From the NCBI GenBank assembly GCA_040218735.1, contig JAVJQW010000050.1:64001-128000 (forward strand): a DNA stretch of 64,000 bases, written 5' to 3'. This DNA is from Deltaproteobacteria bacterium (GTDB lineage: Bacteria; Myxococcota; Kuafuiibacteriia; Kuafuiibacteriales; Kuafuiibacteriaceae). Position numbers and translations under genes: made by a program. The notes below the pieces were generated by a model. That model was not told where the DNA came from, did no database searches, and saw only the letters and a program-made list of their open reading frames with translations. Positions 1 to 9,795 of the stretch are shown here, piece by piece (the stretch's first letter is position 1; every line of letters starts with the position of its first letter).

Positions 1-2127
1 GCGCGTGGCCGGGATGTCCGGCAGCGTGATCGACGTCTCCGTCGCCGGCGCGTAGACGAGCCACGTGTCGCCGGCAGCGTTCTGCAGCTCGACGCGCGTG
101 ACCTTCGCCCCGCTGGTGTTCGCCACGCTGACCGTGCCGGCCGACTTGGTGATCGTGCCGGTCGGGTAGCCGAGGAACGAGCCGCCGATCGTCTCGACGT
201 CCGCGACCGCGCCGTTCACGCGGTGCACGATGGCCGACAGCGACAGGCCACCGCTGTTCGCGATGGAGTCGATGTCGAGCGCGACGGCGAGCATGAAGAC
301 GTCCGAGCCCTCGATACCCGAGTGCAGCGGCGCCATCGACAGCGGCATCTGACCGTTGTCCAGCGGATCCGAACGCTCGCCGAAGGGCTCCTCGATGCCG
401 TCGATACGGCAGTCGGCGGTGCCCATGTCCACGACGTCCACGCCGGCCGTCACGCCCAGCGGGACGAGACCACGACCCTCGAGGGCCGCACCGGAGAGGA
501 GCACCATGCCGCTCGCGCAGCCACCCGCCGGGAGGTCCGGAAGGTTCGGCACGTTGACCGTCGACAGGACCGAGAGGCCCGAGGCGGCCCGCATCGGGAC
601 CTTGTTGTACTTCGAGAAGTCACCCTGGCAGAGGTCCTCGTCCGCGGCCTGCGCCGGGTCCGAGCAGTCTGCGTTCTGGCCGGGCTTGCTGACCTTCGCG
701 AAGACGTCCGTCACGATCGACGGGTTCACCGCGTGGTTCAGGCCGCGCAGGAGCGGGAGAACCGCCGTGAGGATCGGTCCGATCTCCAGGTCGCCGCCGT
801 CGCCGCCGAGCACACCCGACAGCTCGTTCGCGATCGAGGTCACCGCCGAGATCTTCAGCTGACCAGCGAGCGCCCAACCGGCGCCGGGGCCCTCGGGCGA
901 ACGCGCGAGGAAGCAGCCGAGCTCGTTCGCGCCGGGCATGTCGCCCTGGCAGCGGGTCTCGTCCGCCATGAACTGCTGCGAGCCGAGGCCGAGCATCAGG
1001 CCCGCGGGCAGATCCTCTTCGACGTCGAGCATGAGCTGGCTCGCGTTGATGCGCGTCGGGACGAAGTCACCGATGAGCGACTCCAGACCGAAGTCGAGGA
1101 GGTTGCTCGGGATGGCCGGGCCGACGAGGCCGAGCTGGATGTCGAGGTTCTCGGTGGCCGACAGGTCGACCGATCCGCGGAAGCCGCCCGCGACCGTCTC
1201 GTCCGCGATGCGGGGCAACGGGATGAAGACGTCGTTGGTGCCGGGCGAGAGGATCGTGACCGTCTGCCAGCCCGCCTTCACGACGGTGACCGCGCGGGGC
1301 ATCGTGCCCGCGCCGACGCTGACGGTGGCCGCGCCGTTCGCCGCGGTGGACGCGGTGAGCGTGCCGCCCGCGTCGACGATGACGTTCGCCTGGCCGACCG
1401 GGCTGCCGTCGTCATCCGCGACGACGACCACGCGGACGTCCGTCGCGCCGACGTTCGGGAAGTTCGAGATCGACACACTGCGCGTGCAGTCGACGCTCGT
1501 GCCCGACGGCTTCGCCGTGAGCGAGGCGGTCGCCTCGACGGTCCCACCGACGGCGTCCTGGTCCTCGATGCCGACGGCATCGGGGGCGCTGGAGGTCCAG
1601 TCGTACGGGATGCCCGCGAGGACCTTGCCGTTGCTGTTGTAGGAGACCGCTTCGAGCGTGATGCGCGCGCCCTGACGGATCGCGGTGTCGCGCGTCACGA
1701 CCTCGCAGCTCGCGACGTCGCTCGTCGCGAACGGCGGCTGGCAGGCGCCGTCACGGCAGACGTCGCCGGCGGTGCACTCGCTGTCCACCTGGCAAATCGG
1801 AACCTTGCAGGTCTTCTCGAGGCTGCACACCTTGGGGGCGTCGCAGTCGTTGTCGTTGGCGCAGGTGACCTTGATGCAGGTCGAGGCCGGCTTGTCGGCG
1901 TCGTACAGGTCGTCGCCGTCGATGTTGCAGATGCTGCCCGGCTGGCAGTTGATCGTGAACACGCAGCAGTCGCCGTCCTGTTGGACGGCCGCAGCGTCTT
2001 CGTTGGCGAGGCAAACCCCGCCGTCGTCGTCGCTTCCGCCGCTACAGGCAAATCCAGTGATGGCCATCATGCCCACGACGATTGTGCGCGCGACGGCTTC
2101 GTTCCTCTTCAACCCAGTTTTGACCAT
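1..2127 (-). CDS. Large Cys-rich lipoprotein (partial, runs off left edge); Ig-like/carboxypeptidase-regulatory-like region follows
   Basis: Absent from the ORF track. Manual translation from ATG at 2127 gives MVKTGLKRNEAVARTIVVGMMAITGFA-C-SGGSDDDGG, then Cys-rich repeats (CANDNDC, CQVDSEC..C..GAC); frame stays open to position 1. Confidence 0.85.
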   Translation of the reverse strand, partial: MVKTGLKRNEAVARTIVVGMMAITGFACSGGSDDDGGVCLANEDAAAVQQDGDCCVFTINCQPGSICNIDGDDLYDADKPASTCIKVTCANDNDCDAPKVCSLEKTCKVPICQVDSECTAGDVCRDGACQPPFATSDVASCEVVTRDTAIRQGARITLEAVSYNSNGKVLAGIPYDWTSSAPDAVGIEDQDAVGGTVEATASLTAKPSGTSVDCTRSVSISNFPNVGATDVRVVVVADDDGSPVGQANVIVDAGGTLTASTAANGAATVSVGAGTMPRAVTVVKAGWQTVTILSPGTNDVFIPLPRIADETVAGGFRGSVDLSATENLDIQLGLVGPAIPSNLLDFGLESLIGDFVPTRINASQLMLDVEEDLPAGLMLGLGSQQFMADETRCQGDMPGANELGCFLARSPEGPGAGWALAGQLKISAVTSIANELSGVLGGDGGDLEIGPILTAVLPLLRGLNHAVNPSIVTDVFAKVSKPGQNADCSDPAQAADEDLCQGDFSKYNKVPMRAASGLSVLSTVNVPNLPDLPAGGCASGMVLLSGAALEGRGLVPLGVTAGVDVVDMGTADCRIDGIEEPFGERSDPLDNGQMPLSMAPLHSGIEGSDVFMLAVALDIDSIANSGGLSLSAIVHRVNGAVADVETIGGSFLGYPTGTITKSAGTVSVANTSGAKVTRVELQNAAGDTWLVYAPATETSITLPDIPATR

Positions 2128-2320
2128 TATCGATGTGGCTCCATGTGGACCGCGTGGTCGCGGCTCCCGAACGGTAGTACGAGGGGCGCACAGTTAGCTC
2201 GGGGCTGATTGCTCCGTCAACCGACCATCCGCCCGAGTACAGATCGTCAACCCCTGAGCGCGCAGGACGCCCGCCACGCCATACCGGTATCCGCGCCCGC
2301 TCCGGCGGACGTGTCCGCGC

Positions 2321-2926
2321 TCACCACTTCGGCTTCTTGGATTTCCAGCGATCCTGCTTGCGGTCCCCGTACCCGTAGGTCCGCGGCTTCGGGGCGTCGG
2401 GATCGTCGATCAGCGCGGTCGGCGTCGGCCGCGGGCCGGGCGGCCCCGAGAGGTCCAGCGGCGCCTTGCGGGGCATCGCGGCGAACCGCTCCGCGGCCCG
2501 GACCACCGCGGCCCGGACGTCGTCCGACGGGATCTGCTCCGCCCACGCGGCGATCCGCGCCTTGGCCTCGCGGCTGAGGGGTTTGGGTTTGGGCGGCGGC
2601 TCGGGGCGCGGCATCAGCGGTCCGAGGCGGAAACGGACCTCGCGGATCAGATCCCGGCCCAGGAGCCCGTTGAGGCGCTTCTTGATCTGCGGCGCGAGGA
2701 ACGACAGCTCGGTCATCCACGCCGACTCCGCGACCTGGAGGGTGAGGACACCTTTGCGAAACAGGACGGGATCGGCCTGGTCGACGATCGGCGGCCCGAT
2801 CTTGGTGAACGCCGTGAAGACACGGAGCGCGTGCGACTTCGGCCCGCGGCGCGGGTCGGGGTTCGTGGACGCGAGCACCCGGGAGACGACGTCCCCCGCC
2901 GCATCGAGCTTGCCCTTCCTCCGCAC
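2321..2926 (-). CDS. DUF721/DciA-family protein with C-terminal extension
   Basis: GVLTLQVAESAWMTELSFLAPQIKKRLN...IREVRFRLG matches the DUF721 pattern. Confidence 0.75.
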   Translation of the reverse strand: MRRKGKLDAAGDVVSRVLASTNPDPRRGPKSHALRVFTAFTKIGPPIVDQADPVLFRKGVLTLQVAESAWMTELSFLAPQIKKRLNGLLGRDLIREVRFRLGPLMPRPEPPPKPKPLSREAKARIAAWAEQIPSDDVRAAVVRAAERFAAMPRKAPLDLSGPPGPRPTPTALIDDPDAPKPRTYGYGDRKQDRWKSKKPKW

Positions 2927-2955
2927 GCCGAAGCGCAGCGTAGCGAACGCTGCGG

Positions 2956-3486
2956 CTACTTGTCAGCCTGATCCGCGAGGTAGCGCTCGACGCCGTTCGC
3001 GACCGCCAAGAGGTTGGGCGTCATCAGCTGCACCACGAACTTCTCGACGTGGGGCGCGACCTTGCCCGCCAGGAATCGCGGGACCCCTGGGATGCCCTTC
3101 AGGCTGACCTCGAGCTCCCCGCGGATCTCGAAGATGCAGCCGTCCCCGTCCTCGCGGACCGTGTTCTTGCCCCAGCACTTCACGTTCTCGGTGAACATCT
3201 TGGTCTCGATCCGCCAGTCCACAGTACGCGCGTCGGCGTCCCAGGTGGCGTGATCGAGCCACGCGAGCATCTCCGGCTTGATGATCTTCTCCGCGATCGC
3301 CGGGATCTCCGTGCTCGCTTCCCACAGGTTCAAGATCTTGGTGGTGGATCCCTCGTCGGATCGCTCCTGCACGGTGATCGCCTTGATGTCGGGGAGATAG
3401 GGGCACAGCTCGGGGAGCCGATCGCGATAGGTCTCGAACACGAGGTCGCGCCCGAAGTTCATCTTGGCGTCGGCTTCCAGCTTCAT
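2956..3486 (-). CDS. SRPBCC/START-like fold protein (DUF2505-like)
   Basis: 176 aa with typical codon bias; helix-grip-like pattern ending in a long C-terminal helix. Confidence 0.55.
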   Translation of the reverse strand: MKLEADAKMNFGRDLVFETYRDRLPELCPYLPDIKAITVQERSDEGSTTKILNLWEASTEIPAIAEKIIKPEMLAWLDHATWDADARTVDWRIETKMFTENVKCWGKNTVREDGDGCIFEIRGELEVSLKGIPGVPRFLAGKVAPHVEKFVVQLMTPNLLAVANGVERYLADQADK

Positions 3487-3537
3487 CGCCGCGGATCATT
3501 CGTATGGGCCCCGCTTTTGGGCAAGTCGAAAAGGGCG

Positions 3538-3566
3538 TTGATTCGGTCGCCGCGGGCGGGTATGAG
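3538..3566 (+). promoter_or_regulatory. sigma70-type promoter candidate for nuoM
   Basis: TTGATT-N17-TATGAG, 9 nt before GTG at 3576. Confidence 0.5.
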
Positions 3567-3575
3567 CGCCGCGTC

Positions 3576-5204
3576 GTGGAAGGCATCTACCTGTCCCTAC
3601 TGATCTTCCTGCCCGTCCTCGGCGCGCTCGGCTGCGCGCTGATCCCGGCTTCCCAAAAGAAGCTGGTCCGCATGCTCGGGATGGGCGTCGTCACCGTGAA
3701 CCTGCTGCTCTGCATCGGGCTGTGGGCGCGGTTCGACAACACGACGACGGACATGCAGTTCATGACCCGCATCGTCTGGATCGGGTCGTTCAACATCGAG
3801 TACTTCATCGGTGTCGACCAGATCTCCTTCTGGATGATCGTCATCACCGGTGTGGTCGCGTTCATGGCGGCCATCTCGAGCCTCTCCATCGACAAGAGCG
3901 TGCGCGGCTACTGGGCGATGTACCTGCTCCTCAACGCGGGCATGTACGGCGTCTTCGTCGCGATGGACTTCTTCCTCTTCTACATCTTCTGGGAGGTCAT
4001 GCTCCTCCCGATGTACTTCCTGATCGGGATCTGGGGCGGCCCGCGCAAGGAGTACGCGGCGATCAAGTTCTTCCTGTACACGCTCGCGGGATCGGTCTTC
4101 ATGCTCCTGTGCCTGATCGCGCTGTACTACGGCACGGACGCCGAGGTGCTCGCGGCCAAGTTCCCCGACTTCGCCGTCGCCGGGATGGCCGCCACGAAGG
4201 ACGGCATGTTCCAGCTCGCGGACGGCACGCTCGCGGAGCACACCTTCAACCTCCAGGTGATCACGAAGCTCGCGGAGACCGGGCACTGGGCGAACATGTC
4301 GCCGATCCTCGGCCTGCCCTTCACGAAGATCGTGTGGGTCGCGCTCTTCATCGGCTTCGCGATCAAGGTGCCGATGTTCCCGTTCCACACCTGGCTCCCG
4401 GACGCGCACGTCGAGGCGCCCACGCCGGTGTCCGCGATCCTCGCCGGCGTGCTCCTGAAGATGGGCACCTACGGCATCCTGCGCTTCAACTACGGCATCC
4501 TCCCCGACGCCACGGTCTGGGCGGCGACGGGCATGGCGCTGTTCGGGATGATCAACATCGTCTACGCGGCGTTCGTCTGCCTCGCGCAGAAGGACCTCAA
4601 GAAGATCATCGCGTACTCGTCCGTCAGCCACATGGGCTTCGTGCTCCTCGGCTTCGCGGCGCTCACCAAACAAGGCATGGCCGGCGCGTACTTCCAGATG
4701 ATCTCGCACGGGATCGTCTCGCCGATGCTCTTCCTCTGCGTCGGCGTCATCTACGACCGCGCCCACACGCGTGACGTCGAAGCGTTCGGCGGGCTCGCCG
4801 CGAAGATGCCGGAGTACGCCGGGCTGACCGGCCTCGCGTTCTTCGCGTCGCTCGGTCTACCGGGGCTCGCCGGGTTCATCGGCGAAGCGCTGGTGTTCCT
4901 CGGCGCGTTCCAGAAGTTCACCGTGTTCACGATGGTGAGCGTCACCAGCGTCATCATCACCGCGGCGTATTACCTGTGGACCATGCAGCGGGTGTTCCTC
5001 GGGAAGTTCAACGAGGCGTGGGAGGGGCACCTGCCCGGCCTGACGTTCCGCGAGCGATCCCTGCTCTACCCGCTCGCGATCATGACGATCGTGCTCGGTG
5101 TCTTCCCGATGTTCGTGTTCGACTACATGAACCAGGGCCTGTACGCGCTCATCGACAACACCGCGAACACGGCGGCGATGATCATGAAGGTCGCTGGGCT
5201 CTAG
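3576..5204 (+). CDS. nuoM: NADH-quinone oxidoreductase subunit M
   Basis: FYIFWEVMLLPMYFLIGIWGG, KVPMFPFHTWLPDAHVEAP, KKIIAYSSVSHMG; start refined to GTG 3576. Confidence 0.93.
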   Translation: MEGIYLSLLIFLPVLGALGCALIPASQKKLVRMLGMGVVTVNLLLCIGLWARFDNTTTDMQFMTRIVWIGSFNIEYFIGVDQISFWMIVITGVVAFMAAISSLSIDKSVRGYWAMYLLLNAGMYGVFVAMDFFLFYIFWEVMLLPMYFLIGIWGGPRKEYAAIKFFLYTLAGSVFMLLCLIALYYGTDAEVLAAKFPDFAVAGMAATKDGMFQLADGTLAEHTFNLQVITKLAETGHWANMSPILGLPFTKIVWVALFIGFAIKVPMFPFHTWLPDAHVEAPTPVSAILAGVLLKMGTYGILRFNYGILPDATVWAATGMALFGMINIVYAAFVCLAQKDLKKIIAYSSVSHMGFVLLGFAALTKQGMAGAYFQMISHGIVSPMLFLCVGVIYDRAHTRDVEAFGGLAAKMPEYAGLTGLAFFASLGLPGLAGFIGEALVFLGAFQKFTVFTMVSVTSVIITAAYYLWTMQRVFLGKFNEAWEGHLPGLTFRERSLLYPLAIMTIVLGVFPMFVFDYMNQGLYALIDNTANTAAMIMKVAGL

Positions 5205-5394
5205 CTGGCAGCTCGCAGCCTTCAGCTCGCAGCCTTCAGCTCGCAGCCGGACGCGCGCTCGACGGCGTCCCGATCGACCTCTCCTACGCGAACCACCGCC
5301 TCGCTTTCGATCGTACCTCGACGGTCCGAAGCGCCTCGTTGCGCCCGCCCGAAGCACGCTCTGGCTGTCGGCTGAAAGCTGCGAGCTGCAAGCT
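5203..5394. repeat. Foldback element with heptamer-repeat arms (AGCYNNC units)
   Basis: Left arm agctggc-agctcgc-agccttc-agctcgc-agccttc-agctcgc-agcc (5203-5248); right arm 5363-5394 reverse-complements to agcttgc-agctcgc-agctttc-agccgac-agcc. Confidence 0.85.
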
Positions 5395-5401
5395 CTTTTA
5401 A

Positions 5402-6940
<1,539 letters not shown>

Positions 6941-6943
6941 GTC

Positions 6944-7348
6944 ATGCCGATTCAGCTCGCCATCGTGACGCCATCGGCCGAGGCCCTGGCGATCGGGTGC
7001 GACGAAGTCGTCGCGCCCGGCGTCAACGGCGAGATCGGCCTGCTCGCCGGGCACGTCCCGCTGATCACCGCGCTCAAGAGCGGCGTGCTCACCGTGGTCG
7101 AGGGCTCGAAGAAGCGGTTCTTCGCCGTCGCGCCCGGCTTCGCCGAGATCGAGGGGGACACGGTCACGATCCTCACGGACGCCTGCGAGGCGGCCGAGGA
7201 CGTGGACGTGGAGCGCGCCAAGCGCGCCCTCCTCGACGCCGAGGCCAAGCTCGGTGACCTCGGGTCGGAAGACCCGGGCCACCACGCCGCGGTGCGCCGC
7301 CTCGAACGCGCCCGCGCCCGCATCGACGCCGTCGCCCGCCGCTCCTGA
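6944..7348 (+). CDS. atpC: F0F1 ATP synthase subunit epsilon
   Basis: IVTP...GEIGLLAGHVPLITAL, GFAEI, DVERAKRA; directly follows atpD. Confidence 0.95.
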   Translation: MPIQLAIVTPSAEALAIGCDEVVAPGVNGEIGLLAGHVPLITALKSGVLTVVEGSKKRFFAVAPGFAEIEGDTVTILTDACEAAEDVDVERAKRALLDAEAKLGDLGSEDPGHHAAVRRLERARARIDAVARRS

Positions 7349-7412
7349 TCTCGCGCGGCCGCGCTGCGCATCGCTTCGCGCCTTTGCGTGGCCTGTCGTA
7401 GTCTCCCCTCGC

Positions 7413-7742
7413 TTGCTCTTCGGAATCATCGTCGCGGTCCTCGTGGTCGCGATCGTCGTCTCCGGCCTCGTGCTGGTGCAGGCACTCTCGTCGAACCTGG
7501 CGGAGCACGAGCGTCTGCGGATGCGCGCCATCGCGGAGCTCGCGCAGTCGCGCGGAGGGCGGGTGACGCCGCTCCTCGTCGCCGAGCACCTCGACGTCAC
7601 GCCGATGGAGGCGGACCGTCTGCTCCGCGCGATGGTGGACGACGAGCACCTGTTGATGGGGATCGACGACCAGGAGGGCGTGCTCGTATTCGAGTTCCCG
7701 AAGCTGAGCTCGGGGCGCGGGCAGTCGACGGCGCGTCGATAA
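7413..7742 (+). CDS. Small membrane-anchored protein with wHTH-like C-terminus (start uncertain)
   Basis: N-terminal TM helix, then GGRVTPLLVAEHLDVTPMEADRLLRAM...GVLVFEFP; TTG at 7413 is the first plausible start. Confidence 0.6.
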   Translation: MLFGIIVAVLVVAIVVSGLVLVQALSSNLAEHERLRMRAIAELAQSRGGRVTPLLVAEHLDVTPMEADRLLRAMVDDEHLLMGIDDQEGVLVFEFPKLSSGRGQSTARR

Positions 7743-8706
7743 CCGAGCCCCGCGCGTCGAGGCCGAGTCGGCGTATGAGTCCGTAGAGCGTGGAGCGGCC
7801 GACGCCGAGCCGCTGCGCCGCGCGCTCGACGCTCCCCGCTTCTTCGAGCGCACCGGCGATGACGATCCGCTGAAACGCGGCCGTGATCGTCTCGAGGCTC
7901 CGTTCGGGCGTGGCGCGAAACGCCCGAAAGTGGCGTGGCTCGATGCCTGCGGCGGCGGGGTCGTCGTGCGCGTCGAAGTACGCGCCGATGACGGCCGCGC
8001 GGAGCTGACGCACGTTCCCGGGCCAACGCTGCGTCGTGAGCATCACGACGGACGCCGGCGACAGCTCGAGCCGACGTGTCACGCCCGGTGAACGCGCAAA
8101 CGTCGCAGCGAACCGGTGCGCGAGCGCCGCGACGTCGGCGGGGCGTTCGGCGAGGCCCGGTATCTCGATCCGCACCTCGAAGAGCCGGTGGAGGAGATCC
8201 TCGCGGAACGTTCCCGCGAGCGCAGACGCGTGAAGATCGCGGTGCGTCGCGGTGATCAGCCGGACGTCGACGCGCACTTCGGCCCGGGCGCCGATCGGAC
8301 GAAAGCAGCCCGTTTGGATCACTCGCAGCAACTTGGCTTGCGCGCCGGGCGGGAGCTCCGCGATCTCGTCGAGGAAGAGCGTCCCGCCGTCGGCCTCCGC
8401 AAAGACACCTCGACGATCGACGTGCGCGGTCGAGTGGCCGCCCGCGCACGCACCGAACAGCTCGCTCTCGATCAAGGCCTCGGGGAGGCTCGCGCAGTTC
8501 AAGGTGACGAAGGGTCGCTCGCGACGTTCGCTGCTGCGGTGCAGGTGCTCGGCGAGCAAGGACTTGCCCACGCCGGTGGGCCCGGTGAAGAGGACCCGTA
8601 TCGCGTCGAAGCGCGCCACGCGCTCCACGCGGCTCAGCGTGTCGCGCATCGTGTCGCTCTCGGCGACCGGCGGTATCCAGCCGCCGTCGTGGTCTTCGTC
8701 GTGCAC
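7597..8706 (-). CDS. sigma54-activator-type AAA+ domain plus Fis HTH, no sensor domain, GAFTGA replaced by GGHSTA
   Basis: GPTGVGKS, LNCASLPEALIESELFG, GGTLFLDEI, FREDLLHRL, WPGNVRQL, AAQRLGVGRSTLY. Confidence 0.88.
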   Translation of the reverse strand: MHDEDHDGGWIPPVAESDTMRDTLSRVERVARFDAIRVLFTGPTGVGKSLLAEHLHRSSERRERPFVTLNCASLPEALIESELFGACAGGHSTAHVDRRGVFAEADGGTLFLDEIAELPPGAQAKLLRVIQTGCFRPIGARAEVRVDVRLITATHRDLHASALAGTFREDLLHRLFEVRIEIPGLAERPADVAALAHRFAATFARSPGVTRRLELSPASVVMLTTQRWPGNVRQLRAAVIGAYFDAHDDPAAAGIEPRHFRAFRATPERSLETITAAFQRIVIAGALEEAGSVERAAQRLGVGRSTLYGLIRRLGLDARGSVIDAPSTARAPSSASGTRIRARPPGRRSPSTGARRPPSRGADGPPPSA

Positions 8707-8732
8707 GCGTGCCCCTCGCCCGAGCCCACGCT

Positions 8733-8756
8733 CGGACCGTCCACGTTCCGGGTCGG
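8733..8756. promoter_or_regulatory. Degenerate copy of the WYL-upstream palindrome
   Basis: cggaccgtc-cacgttc-cgggtcgg resembles the reverse complement of 9741-9768 (ccggaccgtcgcacgttcgatggtccgg). Confidence 0.45.
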
Positions 8757-8802
8757 GGGCCCCCGAGAGAAGTGCCGCCGATCTTCGTGACTGGGCGGGC
8801 GT

Positions 8803-9741
8803 TCAGCGATCGAACGTTCGATTCGCGTTGGCGAGCGCCCCGGCCGCGAGGTCCGCGACGAGCTCGGCGAGCGCGGGCGTGCGCACTTCGGCCGCGTCAC
8901 CGAGGCCGACGACGAAGCGCGCGACGCCGATCAGCCCAGCGACGCGGCCCTCGACGAGGATGCCCCCGTCGACGTTCTTCGCGACGAGCGGCGGCGGGAG
9001 GTTCGACCCGACCCAGTTTGCTTCCGGAGCTCGGACGAAGAACGCGACTTCGGTGGGTTCGCTGCCGTCGTGGAACCCGTCGATGCTCGCCGCGAGGAAC
9101 GCGTCGACGACGTCTCCGTCGCGAGGACGAAAGGCCTCGCTCGCCTCCCGGTACATCGCGATCCGATCCATGCGGAACCAGCGCAGCGCATCCGTGCGAT
9201 GGCAGACCGCGACGACGCGCACCGCCGGCCCCTGAACGACGCGGAGCACCGACAGCGTGCGCCAGGCGAGATCACCGCGGTGCGACGAGTAGTAGCGAAC
9301 CTCGATCGCTTCACCGCGGTCCATCGCGTCCTCGATGGCTTCGCGGACGCCCTCCTGCTCGGCCTCCGAAACGGGGTGCAGCACGTTTTCGACGAGGTCG
9401 TGGGAAGTCGACGGGACGCAGCGCACGAGTTTGTCGATCAACCGGTCCCGTGCGTCGCCGGGGCGGAGCCGTCGAAGTAGACGAAGGCTGGTGATGGTGT
9501 CTTCGCGTCGCAAGACGACGCCGCCGCCGAACGCGTCCTGCGGGAGGCTCCAGTACACGTGCGGGTGTTCGTGCTCGCGCTCGAACGCCCACCCCCCTTC
9601 GCTGAGCGCGTCGAGCGTCGCGCGGAGGGTGTCCATCGAGACGCTCACGTGCCGACGCAAGTCAGCTTGCTTCCAGGTACGCTGGTCGCTGAACGCTTCG
9701 ATGATCTTGACGATGGTGGCGATCGATTTTCCGCGGGTCAC
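8803..9741 (-). CDS. HTH-WYL domain transcriptional regulator
   Basis: N-terminal HTH (QADLRRHVSVSMDTLRATLDAL); WYL core IEVRYYSSHRG...VAVCHRTDALRWFRMDRI; WCX-like VVGLGDAAEV. Confidence 0.88.
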   Translation of the reverse strand: MTRGKSIATIVKIIEAFSDQRTWKQADLRRHVSVSMDTLRATLDALSEGGWAFEREHEHPHVYWSLPQDAFGGGVVLRREDTITSLRLLRRLRPGDARDRLIDKLVRCVPSTSHDLVENVLHPVSEAEQEGVREAIEDAMDRGEAIEVRYYSSHRGDLAWRTLSVLRVVQGPAVRVVAVCHRTDALRWFRMDRIAMYREASEAFRPRDGDVVDAFLAASIDGFHDGSEPTEVAFFVRAPEANWVGSNLPPPLVAKNVDGGILVEGRVAGLIGVARFVVGLGDAAEVRTPALAELVADLAAGALANANRTFDR

Positions 9742-9768
9742 CGGACCATCGAACGTGCGACGGTCCGG
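9741..9768. promoter_or_regulatory. 28-bp palindromic operator candidate touching the WYL start codon
   Basis: ccggaccatcgaacgtgcgacggtccgg; 12 of 14 symmetric pairs match. Confidence 0.6.
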
Positions 9769-9795
9769 CCCCGGACGCCACCCCCGCCCCGGAGA

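Noticed and set aside
223-2208. 661-aa + strand ORF
   Set aside because: Antisense shadow of the minus-strand lipoprotein; R/G/V/D-rich composition typical of high-GC reverse frames.
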